Below, piece by piece: positions 11,044 through 21,856 of a DNA stretch of 64,000 bases. The notes below the pieces were generated by a model. That model searched no databases. It was not told where the DNA came from and saw nothing but the letters and a program-made list of their open reading frames with translations. Both the position numbers and the translations under genes were made by a program. The stretch's first letter is position 1, and the number at the start of each line of letters is the position of its first letter. Source of the DNA: an uncultured Alphaproteobacteria bacterium (GTDB taxonomy: Bacteria > Pseudomonadota > Alphaproteobacteria > Methylaequorales > Methylaequoraceae); contig CACJRF010000005.1 of assembly GCA_902595755.1 (NCBI GenBank), positions 6,859 through 70,858 on the forward strand. Reading direction: 5' to 3'.

Positions 11044-11718
11044 TTGATAAAAATAACAAATATTAAGCAAAGTTATTTGCAAGGTAAATCAGTTGTTAAA
11101 GTATTGAATGGTATAAATTTAAATATATCAAAGGGTGAAAAAATATGCTTTATTGGTCCTTCTGGCTCTGGAAAAACAACATTACTAAATATTCTTGGAT
11201 TGCTTGAAAATCCAATAAGTGGTTCTGTATTAATAAATTCAAAAAATTGTAATTTAATGTCTCTTGAACAAAAAACTATGTTTAGAAGACAATATATAGG
11301 TTATATTTTTCAAAATAATCAATTATTAGAAGATTTCTCAGTAATTGAAAACGTAGCTATTCCTTTAATATTAAATAACTTTCCAAAACGTTTTTCTTTA
11401 AATAAAGCTAAGGAAATACTTAAAACTCTTGGTTTAATAGATAAAGTCAATTTCAAACCTGGAACATTATCAGGCGGTGAGCAACAAAGAGTTGCAATTG
11501 CAAGGGCAGTTATTAAAAAACCATTTATTTTACTTGCAGATGAACCAACTGGAAGTTTAGATGAAGAAAATACTAAAAAAGTAATGCAAATAATATTTTC
11601 TATCATAAATAAACTTGGTACTGCTTTAGTTTTAGCAACACATAACCTTGATTTAATAAAAAAGTTTGATAGATGTTATAAAGTTGATGACGGTCTAATA
11701 ACCGAGTATGAAGAATGA
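11044..11718 (+). CDS. lolD: Lipoprotein-releasing ABC transporter ATP-binding protein
   Basis: Walker A GPSGSGKT, signature LSGGEQQRVAIARA, Walker B LLADEPTGSLD. Confidence 0.92.
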   Translation: MIKITNIKQSYLQGKSVVKVLNGINLNISKGEKICFIGPSGSGKTTLLNILGLLENPISGSVLINSKNCNLMSLEQKTMFRRQYIGYIFQNNQLLEDFSVIENVAIPLILNNFPKRFSLNKAKEILKTLGLIDKVNFKPGTLSGGEQQRVAIARAVIKKPFILLADEPTGSLDEENTKKVMQIIFSIINKLGTALVLATHNLDLIKKFDRCYKVDDGLITEYEE

Positions 11719-14700
11719 ATAAATTTGTTCATTTGAGAAATTACTCTCAATACTCTCTTTCTAAGGGAGCCTTGAGATTAAATGATTTAGCAAAATACTG
11801 TTTTAAGAATAAGTTCCCAGCAATTTCTATTTCAGATTTTGATAATTTATTTGGTGCATTGGAATTTTCATTAGAATGCAGAAATTTTGGTATCCAGCCT
11901 ATAATTGGATGTAATCTTTACTTAAAAAGCAATAAGCTAAATGATGGGTATGTATTACTAATATGTAAAGATAAAGTAGGGTATCAAAATTTACTTAATC
12001 TTGTTTCAAAATCTTATTTAGTAAATTCTGATCATTATAATCCTTATATAACATATGAAGATTTAGTCAATTATAATACAGGGCTTATTTGTTTAGCAGG
12101 TGGAGAGTTTGGTGTTATTAATAAGAATCTGTCTAAAAATAAGGATACTGTAAAGTCTTTAGTAAATTATTTAAAAAAAATATATAAGGATGATTTTTTT
12201 ATAGAGATTCAAAAAACTGATTCAAAGATAAATTTAGCAATCAATGATTTCCTTGTAAATTTATCTTTAGATTCTGGTATTCCTATAGTTGCAACTAATG
12301 AAAATTTCTTTTTGGAAAGTAATTTCTATGATTCTCATGACGCTCTATTGTGCATTTCTCAGCAAAAATATATTGATAGTGAGGATAGAATAAAAAGTAG
12401 TAAAGATTTTTATATTAAATCTTCTAAGGAAATGTATGAATTATTTAGTGATCTTAAAATTGCCTGTGAAAATACACTTTTAATAGCCAGAAAATGTAAC
12501 TATTTTCCTGTTGAGAGTAAACCTCAACTACCTAAACTTCAAAATGAGAAGTTGAGTGAAAATCAAATACTAATTAAATATTCTTATGAAGGCTTAAAAA
12601 AAAGAATCAATGAATTTGATATTAAAAATAAATCAAAATACACAGTTAGATTAAATTATGAACTGAAGGTAATAACAAAAATGGGGTTTTCTGGTTACTT
12701 TTTGATTGTTGCAGACTTCATTAAATGGTCAAAAAATAGTGACATTCCTGTTGGGCCAGGAAGAGGTTCAGGAGCTGGATCCCTAGTGGCTTGGTGCTTA
12801 TCAATTACAAATTTGGATCCGATTAGATTTGGATTGCTTTTCGAGAGATTTTTAAATCCTGAAAGAATTTCGATGCCCGATTTTGACATTGATTTTTGTA
12901 TGCAAGGAAGAGATAAGGTTATTGATTATGTTCAACAGAAATACGGATTCGATAATGTTGCACAAATTATCACGTTTGGATCATTTCAAGCAAAAGCAGC
13001 AATAAGAGATGTCGGAAGAGTGATGCAACTTCCTCTATCATTAATTGATGAAATTTGTAAAATGATTCCATTTAATCCTGCAAAACCTGTAACTTTAAAT
13101 GAATTTATAAATGAAAATAGTCAAATAAAAAAAATCATTAAAAATAATTCAGATATAAAAAAATTATTTAATCACGCAAGAAAATTTGAGGGTTTACTTC
13201 GGCATGCCTCAACACATGCTGCTGGCATTGTAATATCAGATAAAAAGCTCAATGAAATTGTACCATTATACAAAGATCCAAAATCTGAAATTCCAGTTAC
13301 GCAATATTCAATGAAATATGTAGAAAAAGTTGGATTAATTAAATTTGATTTTTTAGGTTTAAAAACTCTAACTGTTATACACGATACATGTAAAATATTA
13401 AGAAGAAAAAAGGTTGATATTGATATAGATAAGATACCATTGGATGATAATAAGACTTTTAATATGCTCAAAAAAGGTATAACAACTGGGGTTTTTCAAT
13501 TAGAAGGTCAAGGGATGAAAGAAACAATTATGAAGGTTATGCCTGATAGATTCGAGGATTTAATAGCAATTGTTTCTCTTTATAGACCTGGACCAATGGA
13601 TAATATACCTACATATGTTAACAGGAAACACCAAAAAGAGTCAGTAGAGTATCCGCATAAAGATCTTAAAGAAATATTAGATGAAACATATGGTATTATG
13701 GTTTATCAGGAGCAGGTTATGTTGATTGCTCAAAAGGTGGCAGGTTTTAGTCTTTCAAAAGCTGATCTTCTAAGAAGGGCAATGGGGAAAAAAATTAAAT
13801 CAGAAATGGATGCTCAAAAATCAAATTTTCTTAATGGATGTATAAAAAATGCAATTAATAAAAATCAAGCAGAAAATTTATTTAACGAAATAGCAAAATT
13901 TGCTGGTTATGGTTTTAATAAAAGCCATGCCGCTGCGTATGCAATGATTGCATATCAAACTGCTTATCTGAAGGCAAATTATCCTGTAGAATTTTTTTGC
14001 TCATTGATGAATTGCGATATAAATAATTCTGATAAATTATCAATTTATTGTGATGAAGTAAAAAAACTTGGTTTTAATATTATTAGCCCTGATATTTCTT
14101 TCTCTGATACAGAATTTTTAGTAATAGATCATGAAAATGGAAGTAAATCTATTTCATTTGGTCTTGGTGCTATAAAAAATATTGGAGAAAATTCTATCAA
14201 AGAAATAATAAAAGATAGAGAACAAAATGGAAAATTTAAGAATCTTTCAGATTTACTTCAGAGAGTTTCAAATAATGTCCTAAATAAAAAGATTCTGGAG
14301 GCTTTAATATTTTCAGACTCTTTAAAAAGTCTAGAAGTAAACCAAAAATTCTTAAATGATAAAATTGATGAAATCATATCTTTAAACTCGCATTATCATA
14401 AAAATTTAAATATTAACCAAGATACTTTATTTGCAGAGGAAAATTTATTTGATGAAAGCTTAAATAGTTCTGGTTATGATTCATGGTCTCATGAATATAA
14501 ACTTGAAAAAGAAATGGAAGTAATTGGCTTTTACTTATCTGAGCATCCAACAAGAAAATTAAAATTGGTATTTCAAGATCTTAAAGTAAAAAATTTATCA
14601 AACCTTACAGATAAAATTAATAACGCAACAATCTTGAGTGAATCATATATTGCAGTTATAAATGAAATTAATGAGAGAACGTCAAAAAATGGAAAAAGAT

Positions 14701-15122
14701 TTTGTTTTTTTAGTTTGGCAGATGATACCACTCAAATTGACGCAATTTGCTTTTCTGAAGTATTAGAAAGTTTAACTTTTGATTTGAAAAAAGGTAAGGT
14801 ATATAATTTTAAAATTTCAACTCAAGTAAAAGATAATAATAGTAGATTCATTATTAATAATATTAAAGACTTGCATAATAAAATAAATTTAGTTCAAAAC
14901 TATTTAATTAAACTGGATACTAAAGATTTGAATATAAAAAGAGTAAATAATTTTTTTAAAAATTGTGAGGAAGGTAACTCCAAACTTTCATTTATAATCA
15001 AATTCAATGATTATGAAATTTTTGTGGAGAGTAAAAAAAAATTTGACATAGATTATGAATTTTTGAATAAAGCTTCCAATATTAAAGGTATTTTGATTAA
15101 TAAAGATAATAAAAATAGTTGA
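11715..15122 (+). CDS. dnaE: DNA polymerase III subunit alpha
   Basis: Motifs GPGRGSGAGSLVA, FERFLNPERISMPDFDIDF, KFDFLGLKTL, YGFNKSHAAAY; 1135 aa, no intein-sized insert. Confidence 0.98.
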   Translation: MNKFVHLRNYSQYSLSKGALRLNDLAKYCFKNKFPAISISDFDNLFGALEFSLECRNFGIQPIIGCNLYLKSNKLNDGYVLLICKDKVGYQNLLNLVSKSYLVNSDHYNPYITYEDLVNYNTGLICLAGGEFGVINKNLSKNKDTVKSLVNYLKKIYKDDFFIEIQKTDSKINLAINDFLVNLSLDSGIPIVATNENFFLESNFYDSHDALLCISQQKYIDSEDRIKSSKDFYIKSSKEMYELFSDLKIACENTLLIARKCNYFPVESKPQLPKLQNEKLSENQILIKYSYEGLKKRINEFDIKNKSKYTVRLNYELKVITKMGFSGYFLIVADFIKWSKNSDIPVGPGRGSGAGSLVAWCLSITNLDPIRFGLLFERFLNPERISMPDFDIDFCMQGRDKVIDYVQQKYGFDNVAQIITFGSFQAKAAIRDVGRVMQLPLSLIDEICKMIPFNPAKPVTLNEFINENSQIKKIIKNNSDIKKLFNHARKFEGLLRHASTHAAGIVISDKKLNEIVPLYKDPKSEIPVTQYSMKYVEKVGLIKFDFLGLKTLTVIHDTCKILRRKKVDIDIDKIPLDDNKTFNMLKKGITTGVFQLEGQGMKETIMKVMPDRFEDLIAIVSLYRPGPMDNIPTYVNRKHQKESVEYPHKDLKEILDETYGIMVYQEQVMLIAQKVAGFSLSKADLLRRAMGKKIKSEMDAQKSNFLNGCIKNAINKNQAENLFNEIAKFAGYGFNKSHAAAYAMIAYQTAYLKANYPVEFFCSLMNCDINNSDKLSIYCDEVKKLGFNIISPDISFSDTEFLVIDHENGSKSISFGLGAIKNIGENSIKEIIKDREQNGKFKNLSDLLQRVSNNVLNKKILEALIFSDSLKSLEVNQKFLNDKIDEIISLNSHYHKNLNINQDTLFAEENLFDESLNSSGYDSWSHEYKLEKEMEVIGFYLSEHPTRKLKLVFQDLKVKNLSNLTDKINNATILSESYIAVINEINERTSKNGKRFCFFSLADDTTQIDAICFSEVLESLTFDLKKGKVYNFKISTQVKDNNSRFIINNIKDLHNKINLVQNYLIKLDTKDLNIKRVNNFFKNCEEGNSKLSFIIKFNDYEIFVESKKKFDIDYEFLNKASNIKGILINKDNKNS

Positions 15123-15146
15123 ATTTTTTTTTAATAGAGGTAGATT
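15119..15146 (+). promoter_or_regulatory. Putative sigma70 promoter of the rpsB operon
   Basis: TTGAAT (15119-15124), 16 nt, TAGATT (15141-15146), just upstream of the leader hairpin. Pattern match only. Confidence 0.4.
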
Positions 15147-15164
15147 ACAAAAATTAAATTCTAA

Positions 15165-15212
15165 CATGTGGTAACTCTGGTGATATTTGCCACATGAAAG
15201 TATAACCGGAGT
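15165..15212 (+). ncRNA. rpsB 5' leader cis-regulatory RNA (hairpin plus pseudoknot)
   Basis: CATGTGGTAA (15165-15174) pairs with TTGCCACATG (15187-15196). Loop CTCTGGT (15175-15181) is complementary to ACCGGAG (15205-15211), which contains the Shine-Dalgarno. Confidence 0.7.
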
Positions 15213-15217
15213 ACATT

Positions 15218-15928
15218 ATGAACGTTACGATAAAAGAACTATTAGACGCAGGAGTCCATTTCGGCCATAGAACCAATCGGTGGAACCCTAAAATGGCAGA
15301 ATATATATATGGGCATAGAAATGGGATCCACATCATCGATTTACAACAAACAGTAACATATTTTCAACAAGCTTTAAAAGTTGTATCAGACTTTGCTGCG
15401 GAAGGTAAAAATATCCTTTTTGTTGGTACGAAAAGACAAGCTTCTGAGATAATTGAAAAATATGCTATTGAATGTAATCAATTCTTTATCAATAAACGTT
15501 GGCTAGGAGGTATGCTAACTAATTGGGATACTATTCAGAATTCAATTAAAAAACTAAAAGATTTAGAAGAAATACTTGAAAATAAATCTAACTCATACAC
15601 TAAAAAAGAACTACTTAATTTTGAAAATTCTGTAGAAAAACTGAATAAAGCCCTTGGAGGTATTAAAAATATGTCAGGTCAACCAGACCTTTTATTTATT
15701 ATTGATACAAATAAGGAAATTCTTGCTGTCAAAGAAGCTAATAAGATTGGAATTCCAATAGTTGCAGTAATTGATTCTAATTCAAATCCTGTTGGTATTG
15801 ATTTTCCTATTCCTGGAAATGATGATGCAATTAGATCAATTGAATATTACTGCAATGCTTTATCGAAAACAATTTTAGACTCTAATAAAAAATCTAATTC
15901 CTCTATTGAAACTGAGAAAGTAGAATAA
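15218..15928 (+). CDS. rpsB: 30S ribosomal protein S2
   Basis: Motifs [33 protein letters not shown]. Confidence 0.98.
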   Translation: MNVTIKELLDAGVHFGHRTNRWNPKMAEYIYGHRNGIHIIDLQQTVTYFQQALKVVSDFAAEGKNILFVGTKRQASEIIEKYAIECNQFFINKRWLGGMLTNWDTIQNSIKKLKDLEEILENKSNSYTKKELLNFENSVEKLNKALGGIKNMSGQPDLLFIIDTNKEILAVKEANKIGIPIVAVIDSNSNPVGIDFPIPGNDDAIRSIEYYCNALSKTILDSNKKSNSSIETEKVE

Positions 15929-15937
15929 GGAGATAAA

Positions 15938-16810
15938 ATGGGATTGTCGTCACAAACAATAAAAGAACTTCGAGATAAATCTGGTGCGGGTATGCTAGAC
16001 TGTAAGAAAGCACTTGAAGAATCTGAGGGAAATGTTGAAAAAGCAATAGAATGGTTGAGAAAGAAAGGTATCAACACGGCAAATAAAAAAGCAACCAGAG
16101 ATGCATCAGACGGATTAATTACAGCAAAAATTAAAGATGGCTCAGCAGTATTATTAGAGGTTAATGCTGAAACAGACTTTGTTGCAAAAAATGAAGTTTT
16201 TACTGATTTTTGTGAAAATTTATCCATCACATGTTTAACTAATGATGTTCAAGATGTTTCGTCTATATCTAATTTAAACTTTTCAGGAACCGAACAAAAG
16301 GTCGGTGATGTGTTGACGGATCTAATTGCAAAACTTGGTGAAAATATAGTAATAAAAAGATTTATTAAACTTTCTAATAAAACGGAAAAGTATCAAAAAT
16401 ATCTTCATAACTCTATTAATCAAGATTCTGGAAAAATAGGAGTGTTACTCTCTTATAAGTGTGATGAAAATGATGAAAAAGTATCTGAACTATCAAAAAA
16501 TTTATGTATGCAAATAGCCGCTACAACTCCTAAATCAATTGACAGAGAAAGCTTGGATCCAAAACTAGTAAAAAACGAAGAGTTAATCTTCAGAGAACAA
16601 CTAAATAATTCTAAAAAACCAGATGAAATTATTAATAAAATAGTCGATGGTAAAATTAATAAGTTTTATGAAGAAGTTTGCTTAAATGAACAAATATTCG
16701 TTATGGATGGAAAAATAAGTATTAATAAGTTAATTTCTAATTTTAACAATGAAAATAATTCAAATTTTAAAATTATTAACTTCTATATCTATAAACTTGG
16801 TCAAGAATAA
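15938..16810 (+). CDS. tsf: Elongation factor Ts
   Basis: Motifs LRDKSGAGMLDCKKAL and EVNAETDFVAKN; SD AGGAG. Confidence 0.97.
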   Translation: MGLSSQTIKELRDKSGAGMLDCKKALEESEGNVEKAIEWLRKKGINTANKKATRDASDGLITAKIKDGSAVLLEVNAETDFVAKNEVFTDFCENLSITCLTNDVQDVSSISNLNFSGTEQKVGDVLTDLIAKLGENIVIKRFIKLSNKTEKYQKYLHNSINQDSGKIGVLLSYKCDENDEKVSELSKNLCMQIAATTPKSIDRESLDPKLVKNEELIFREQLNNSKKPDEIINKIVDGKINKFYEEVCLNEQIFVMDGKISINKLISNFNNENNSNFKIINFYIYKLGQE

Positions 16811-16818
16811 AAAATAAA

Positions 16819-17532
16819 TTGGACAATTTCGAAAATAAACACATTATGCTTAAACTTTCAGGTGAAGCTTTAATGGGTGATAAAGAGTTTGGAATTGATT
16901 TAAACACAATAAACTCTATTACAGAACAAATTGTTTATATATTTGAAAAGGGTTTGAAAATCTCAATTGTTGTAGGTGGTGGAAATATCTTTAGGGGAAT
17001 TTCAGCATCATCAGCAGGTATGGATAGATCGTCTGCTGATTATACTGGAATGATGGCAACTGTAATAAATTCATTGATACTACAAAATTCAATTGAAAGA
17101 AAAGGTATTGATACAAGAGTATTATCAGCCTTAAAAATAGAAAATGTTTGTGAAACCTATATTAGAAGACGAGCAATAAGGCATATTGAAAAAAATAGAA
17201 TTGTAATTTTTGCAGCAGGTACTGGAAACCCATATTTTACAACAGATACAGCTGCTTCATTAAGAGCTTCAGAAATGAAATGTGATGTATTATTTAAAGC
17301 TACAAAAGTTGATGGAATATATGAATCTGACCCTGTAATCAATAAAAATGCAAAAAAATTATATGATCTAACATATGATTATGTTATTAATAATGAATTA
17401 AAGATTATGGATACAGCATCAATATCTCTTGCCAAGGAAAATAAAATCCCAATATTGGTTTTCTCAATACTAGAAAAAAACTCTTTACGAGATATAATAA
17501 ATGGAAAAGGGAACTTCACTTTAATAAAATAG
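16819..17532 (+). CDS. pyrH: UMP kinase
   Basis: Motifs LKLSGEALMG, GGGNIFRG, GTGNPYFTTDTAASLRA; TTG start. Confidence 0.97.
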   Translation: MDNFENKHIMLKLSGEALMGDKEFGIDLNTINSITEQIVYIFEKGLKISIVVGGGNIFRGISASSAGMDRSSADYTGMMATVINSLILQNSIERKGIDTRVLSALKIENVCETYIRRRAIRHIEKNRIVIFAAGTGNPYFTTDTAASLRASEMKCDVLFKATKVDGIYESDPVINKNAKKLYDLTYDYVINNELKIMDTASISLAKENKIPILVFSILEKNSLRDIINGKGNFTLIK

Positions 17533-17540
17533 GTCAAATA

Positions 17541-18095
17541 ATGTCTTTTAGTACAGATACTTTCAAAGAAAAAATGGATAAATCTTTGGAAAATTTAAAA
17601 AAGGAATTTCAGGGGCTAAGAACTGGAAGAGCTTCAGTTTCCTTACTTGAACCAGTTTCTGTTGATGCCTATGGAAGTAAAGTTCCATTAAATCAAGTTT
17701 CAAATATTAGTGTCCCTGAATCAAGATTAATAACTGTCCAGGTCTGGGATGAATCGCTTACAAATACTGTGGAAAATGCAATAAGAAATTCAGATTTAGG
17801 ATTAAATCCAATGATAGAAGGAAATCTTATTAGAGTGCCTGTTCCAGAATTATCAGAGGAACGTAGAAAAGAAATTGTTAAAATAGCGGCAAAATATTCT
17901 GAGGATTGTAAAATATCTGTAAGAAATATTAGAAGAGAAGGTATGGATAAGATAAAGCTTGACGAAAAAAATAAAGAATTATCAAAAGATGAATCATTTC
18001 AAAATTCTGAGGAACTACAAAGCTTAACAGATAAATTTATTGAAAAAATTGATAATCTATTTGCCGAAAAGGAAAAAGATATCTTAAAGGTTTGA
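17541..18095 (+). CDS. frr: Ribosome recycling factor
   Basis: Motifs LRTGRAS, PELSEERRKE, VRNIRR. Confidence 0.97.
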   Translation: MSFSTDTFKEKMDKSLENLKKEFQGLRTGRASVSLLEPVSVDAYGSKVPLNQVSNISVPESRLITVQVWDESLTNTVENAIRNSDLGLNPMIEGNLIRVPVPELSEERRKEIVKIAAKYSEDCKISVRNIRREGMDKIKLDEKNKELSKDESFQNSEELQSLTDKFIEKIDNLFAEKEKDILKV

Positions 18096-18799
18096 TGATC
18101 TTCGATAAAAAATCTTCTAAACATTTGCCAAATCATGTTGCTTTTATAATGGATGGCAACAGGAGATGGGCAAAAATAAAAAATCTTCAAATAATTGAAG
18201 GTCATAAAAAAGGATCCGAAGTTGTAAAGAAAATTGTAAAAAAATCTATTGAGTTTAAAATTAAATATTTAACCTTTTTCAGTTTTTCTACTGAAAACTG
18301 GAATAGAAGTAACTCTGAAATCTTTAAACTTCAATCATTACTGAGATTTTACCTTGAATCAGAAAAGGAGATTTTTGTTAAAGAACGTATCAGATTTTCT
18401 TTTATAGGTGATATAGATAAATTCGATCCGAAAATAAAAATAGATATAATGAATTTAAAAAAAATCACATCAAAATTTAATCGATTACATCTTACACTTG
18501 CTTTAAATTATGGGTCAAGAAATGAAATACTTAATGCCCTTAGAGTATTAAATAAAAAAAATATAAAGAATATAAATGAACAAGATATATCGAAAAACCT
18601 GATGACCTCTGATTTGCCTGATCCAGACTTTGTTATTAGGACATCGGGTGAAAAAAGACTATCTAATTTTTTATTATGGCAAATTGCCTATTCAGAGTTA
18701 TATTTTACTAAAACATTATGGCCTGATTTCTCGACACAAAAGTATATTTCTGCTCTGAAAAATTATATTTCTAGAAAGCGAAGGTTTGGTGGTGATTGA
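18095..18799 (+). CDS. uppS: Undecaprenyl diphosphate synthase
   Basis: Motifs HVAFIMDGNRRWA, FSTENWNR, IRTSGEKRLSNFLLWQ. ATG at 18095 overlaps the frr stop. Confidence 0.96.
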   Translation: MIFDKKSSKHLPNHVAFIMDGNRRWAKIKNLQIIEGHKKGSEVVKKIVKKSIEFKIKYLTFFSFSTENWNRSNSEIFKLQSLLRFYLESEKEIFVKERIRFSFIGDIDKFDPKIKIDIMNLKKITSKFNRLHLTLALNYGSRNEILNALRVLNKKNIKNINEQDISKNLMTSDLPDPDFVIRTSGEKRLSNFLLWQIAYSELYFTKTLWPDFSTQKYISALKNYISRKRRFGGD

Positions 18800-19630
18800 A
18801 TGAATGACTTATACTTGAGAATAATTTCCACGTTAATCCTTTTATTTATAGGGTTTTGTATGATTGCAACTAACGATTTTATGTTTTTATTAATAGTTCA
18901 GTCTTTTTATCTATTAAGTCTTTGGGAATATCTTAGATTAATGAAGTTTAAAAGTCTAAAATTTGAGGAAAATATTATTAAATCAAATTTTTTGCTTTCA
19001 AAAACCAAGATTGATCTCAAAAACTTTCTTTTAATATTATCATTAATAATCTCGTGTATTTTTTTTTATTTAAATTTTTTTATTACCTCATTAATTTTAT
19101 TTTCTTTCTGCATCTATTCATTAGTAATTATGAATAAAGAAAATTTCTTATTTTCTTTTGGGATAGTCTACATTTCTTTACCATTTTATTTCTTAATATA
19201 TTTAAGCACCTTATCTGATTTCAAAGTATATATTTTATTTGTAATTTTCTTTTCTCTATTAGTTGATACATGTGCTTATTTGCTTGGCTCAAAAATTGGT
19301 GGTAGAAAACTAGCTCCTTTAATTAGTCCTAATAAAACAATTTCTGGGGCACTTGGAGGAATTTTTATACCAACTTTAGTTTGTGTAATTATATTTTATG
19401 AGAAAGATTTACTCTTAAACATCATTTTTTATTCTATATTTTTTTCTTGCATTGTCCAAAGTGGTGATTTGTTAGAGTCTAAATTTAAAAGGATTTGTGG
19501 TGTAAAAGATTCTAGTAATATTATTCCTGGTCATGGAGGCTTACTAGATAGATTTGATGGAATATTTTTATTCCTAATATTAATATCATTATTGACAATA
19601 CTGGATTATAATCTTTTTTTTATAAGTTGA
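18800..19630 (+). CDS. cdsA: Phosphatidate cytidylyltransferase
   Basis: Motifs SPNKT and GDLLESKFKRICGVKDSSNIIPGHGGLLDRFD. Confidence 0.95.
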   Translation: MNDLYLRIISTLILLFIGFCMIATNDFMFLLIVQSFYLLSLWEYLRLMKFKSLKFEENIIKSNFLLSKTKIDLKNFLLILSLIISCIFFYLNFFITSLILFSFCIYSLVIMNKENFLFSFGIVYISLPFYFLIYLSTLSDFKVYILFVIFFSLLVDTCAYLLGSKIGGRKLAPLISPNKTISGALGGIFIPTLVCVIIFYEKDLLLNIIFYSIFFSCIVQSGDLLESKFKRICGVKDSSNIIPGHGGLLDRFDGIFLFLILISLLTILDYNLFFIS

Positions 19631-19640
19631 TATTAACCAT

Positions 19641-20798
19641 ATGAAAAAAAAAATTACTATTTTTGGTTCAACGGGTTCTATTGGAGAATCTGCATTAGAT
19701 ATAATCAAACATCATCCAGATAAATATGAGGTAGTGGGCTTGACAGCAAATAAGAATTATAAAAAGTTATTAGAACAAGTTAAGCTATTTAACCCTAAAG
19801 TTATATCAATATCAGATAAGGATTCTTTTAAAAACTTTAAAAATATAAATAAATATAATGTTGAAGTTCTTAATGGTGAATCATCATATGATGAAATTTT
19901 AGATTATGATACTGATCTAGTTATAGCTGCTATAACAGGTGCAATAGGTTTAATGCCTGTAGTTTCAACCTTAAGAAAAGGGATCACTCTTGCCCTTGCA
20001 AACAAAGAAAGTCTTGTTTGTTCTGGAATGTTAGTTACAAAGCTTGCACAAAAACAGAATGTAAAAATTTTACCTGTAGATTCTGAACATAATGCAATTT
20101 ATCAAGTACTAGATTACAAAAATAAATCACTAGTCTCAAAGTTAATTTTAACAGCTTCTGGAGGCCCTTTTTTAAATCATAATTATGAACAACTAAAAAA
20201 TGTAACTCCTAAAGAAGCGGTTAAACATCCAAATTGGTCGATGGGTAAAAAAATATCTATAGATTCGGCTACTATGATGAATAAGGGTTTAGAGCTTATA
20301 GAGGCTTTTTTCTTATTTGATATCCCACACAGCCAAATTGAGGTTTTAGTTCATCCAGAATCTATAATTCATTCTTGCGTTGAATATGTTGACGGTTCAG
20401 TTTTATCTCAGATGGGAACACCTGATATGAGAACTCCCATTTCCTATACACTAGCCTATCCAACCAGAATATCAACTAATGTGGAAAGGTTAAATCTCAG
20501 TAAAGTTGGAAAATTAACCTTTTTTCCACCATGTTTTGATAAATTTCCTTGTTTAAGCCTTGCATATGAAAGTTTAAAAATCCAAAAAAGTGCTCCAGCA
20601 GTACTTAATGCAGCTAATGAGGTTGCTGTGGAAGCCTTTTTGAATAAAAAAATAAAATTTGTCTCAATACCAAAAATTGTTGAAAAAACTTTAAATAAAA
20701 CTTCATTTTATGAACTCAATAGTATAAAAGATGTAATTGAAGCTGATATTGAGGCCAGAGAATATGCAAGTGAGCTCATTAAAACAGGATTCAATTAA
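19641..20798 (+). CDS. dxr: 1-deoxy-D-xylulose-5-phosphate reductoisomerase
   Basis: Motifs GSTGSIG, LANKESLV, PVDSEHNA, HPNWSMGKKISIDSATMMNKGLE. Confidence 0.97.
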   Translation: MKKKITIFGSTGSIGESALDIIKHHPDKYEVVGLTANKNYKKLLEQVKLFNPKVISISDKDSFKNFKNINKYNVEVLNGESSYDEILDYDTDLVIAAITGAIGLMPVVSTLRKGITLALANKESLVCSGMLVTKLAQKQNVKILPVDSEHNAIYQVLDYKNKSLVSKLILTASGGPFLNHNYEQLKNVTPKEAVKHPNWSMGKKISIDSATMMNKGLELIEAFFLFDIPHSQIEVLVHPESIIHSCVEYVDGSVLSQMGTPDMRTPISYTLAYPTRISTNVERLNLSKVGKLTFFPPCFDKFPCLSLAYESLKIQKSAPAVLNAANEVAVEAFLNKKIKFVSIPKIVEKTLNKTSFYELNSIKDVIEADIEAREYASELIKTGFN

Positions 20799-20807
20799 TT
20801 TTTAGTT

Positions 20808-21854
20808 ATGTTCGAAATTTTATTAAATAATATAATCCCTTTTGTTATAATACTTACAATTCTTGTATTTGTACACGAACTAGGCCATTATTCTATTGCA
20901 AGATACAATGATGTCAAAGTTGAGGTTTTCTCGATTGGTTTTGGAAAAGAACTTTTTGGTTTTACAGATAAATCTGGAACAAGATGGAAATTTTCATTAG
21001 TACCGCTAGGCGGTTATGTTAAAATGCATGGTGATCTTGATGAGGCAAGTTCAAAAAAAAGTACAAAAAATATAAATCCAGAGGATTCATTTCATGAAAA
21101 AACCTTAAATCAACGTTCCTGGATATTATTTGCCGGTCCAGCTGCTAACTTTATTTTTTCTTTTATCATTCTAATATTTATAAATACCTACTACGGATAT
21201 TCAGAAAATATCCCTAAAATTAGTTACATTGATCAAGATAAGTCAGCCTATAAAGCAGGTCTAAGAGAGGGTGACACAATAATTGAAGTAAATAAACAAC
21301 AAATAAAAAATTTTACAGATCTACAAAAAGTTATTTCAAATAATAATGAAAAATTAATCGAAATTAACTTTATTAGGGATGGTAAAGTAAATTTAGTTTC
21401 TGTAAAAGTTGAAAAAAACATTATTGGAATAAGAGGAACTCTTGAAAAGAAGAAAATGACTTTTATTTCATCTATAAAAAAATCATCTGAACAATTAATA
21501 AATTTTTTAAAATTAACAATCGTAGGTGTTTACGAAATTATCACTGGTACAAGAGGTGCTGACGAATTGGGTGGTCCTATTCGTATTGCTGAACTTTCTG
21601 GGGACTTCTGGCAAAAAGGCATTGAGAGTACTTTGTGGTTTATGATGATTATTTCTTTAAATTTAGGTTTAATAAACTTGTTCCCAATCCCAATGCTTGA
21701 CGGGGGCCACCTCTTACTAAACTTAGTTGAGTTTGTAAATGGTAAGCCATTAAGTCAAAAATATCTTGAGCTAGCACATACATTTGGTTTTTTTATTCTT
21801 ATATCATTAATGATTTTTGCGACTTATAATGATATTTCAAGATTTTTTGATTAA
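20808..21854 (+). CDS. rseP: RIP metalloprotease RseP
   Basis: Zinc motif HELGH, PLGGYVKM, one PDZ domain, NLFPIPMLDGGH. Confidence 0.95.
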   Translation: MFEILLNNIIPFVIILTILVFVHELGHYSIARYNDVKVEVFSIGFGKELFGFTDKSGTRWKFSLVPLGGYVKMHGDLDEASSKKSTKNINPEDSFHEKTLNQRSWILFAGPAANFIFSFIILIFINTYYGYSENIPKISYIDQDKSAYKAGLREGDTIIEVNKQQIKNFTDLQKVISNNNEKLIEINFIRDGKVNLVSVKVEKNIIGIRGTLEKKKMTFISSIKKSSEQLINFLKLTIVGVYEIITGTRGADELGGPIRIAELSGDFWQKGIESTLWFMMIISLNLGLINLFPIPMLDGGHLLLNLVEFVNGKPLSQKYLELAHTFGFFILISLMIFATYNDISRFFD

Positions 21855-21856
21855 TT

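Noticed and set aside
11715-12500. Degenerate metal ligands in the DnaE PHP domain (HLRNYSQYSLSKG)
   Set aside because: Loss of PHP ligands is common in proteobacterial DnaE, which relies on the epsilon subunit for proofreading.
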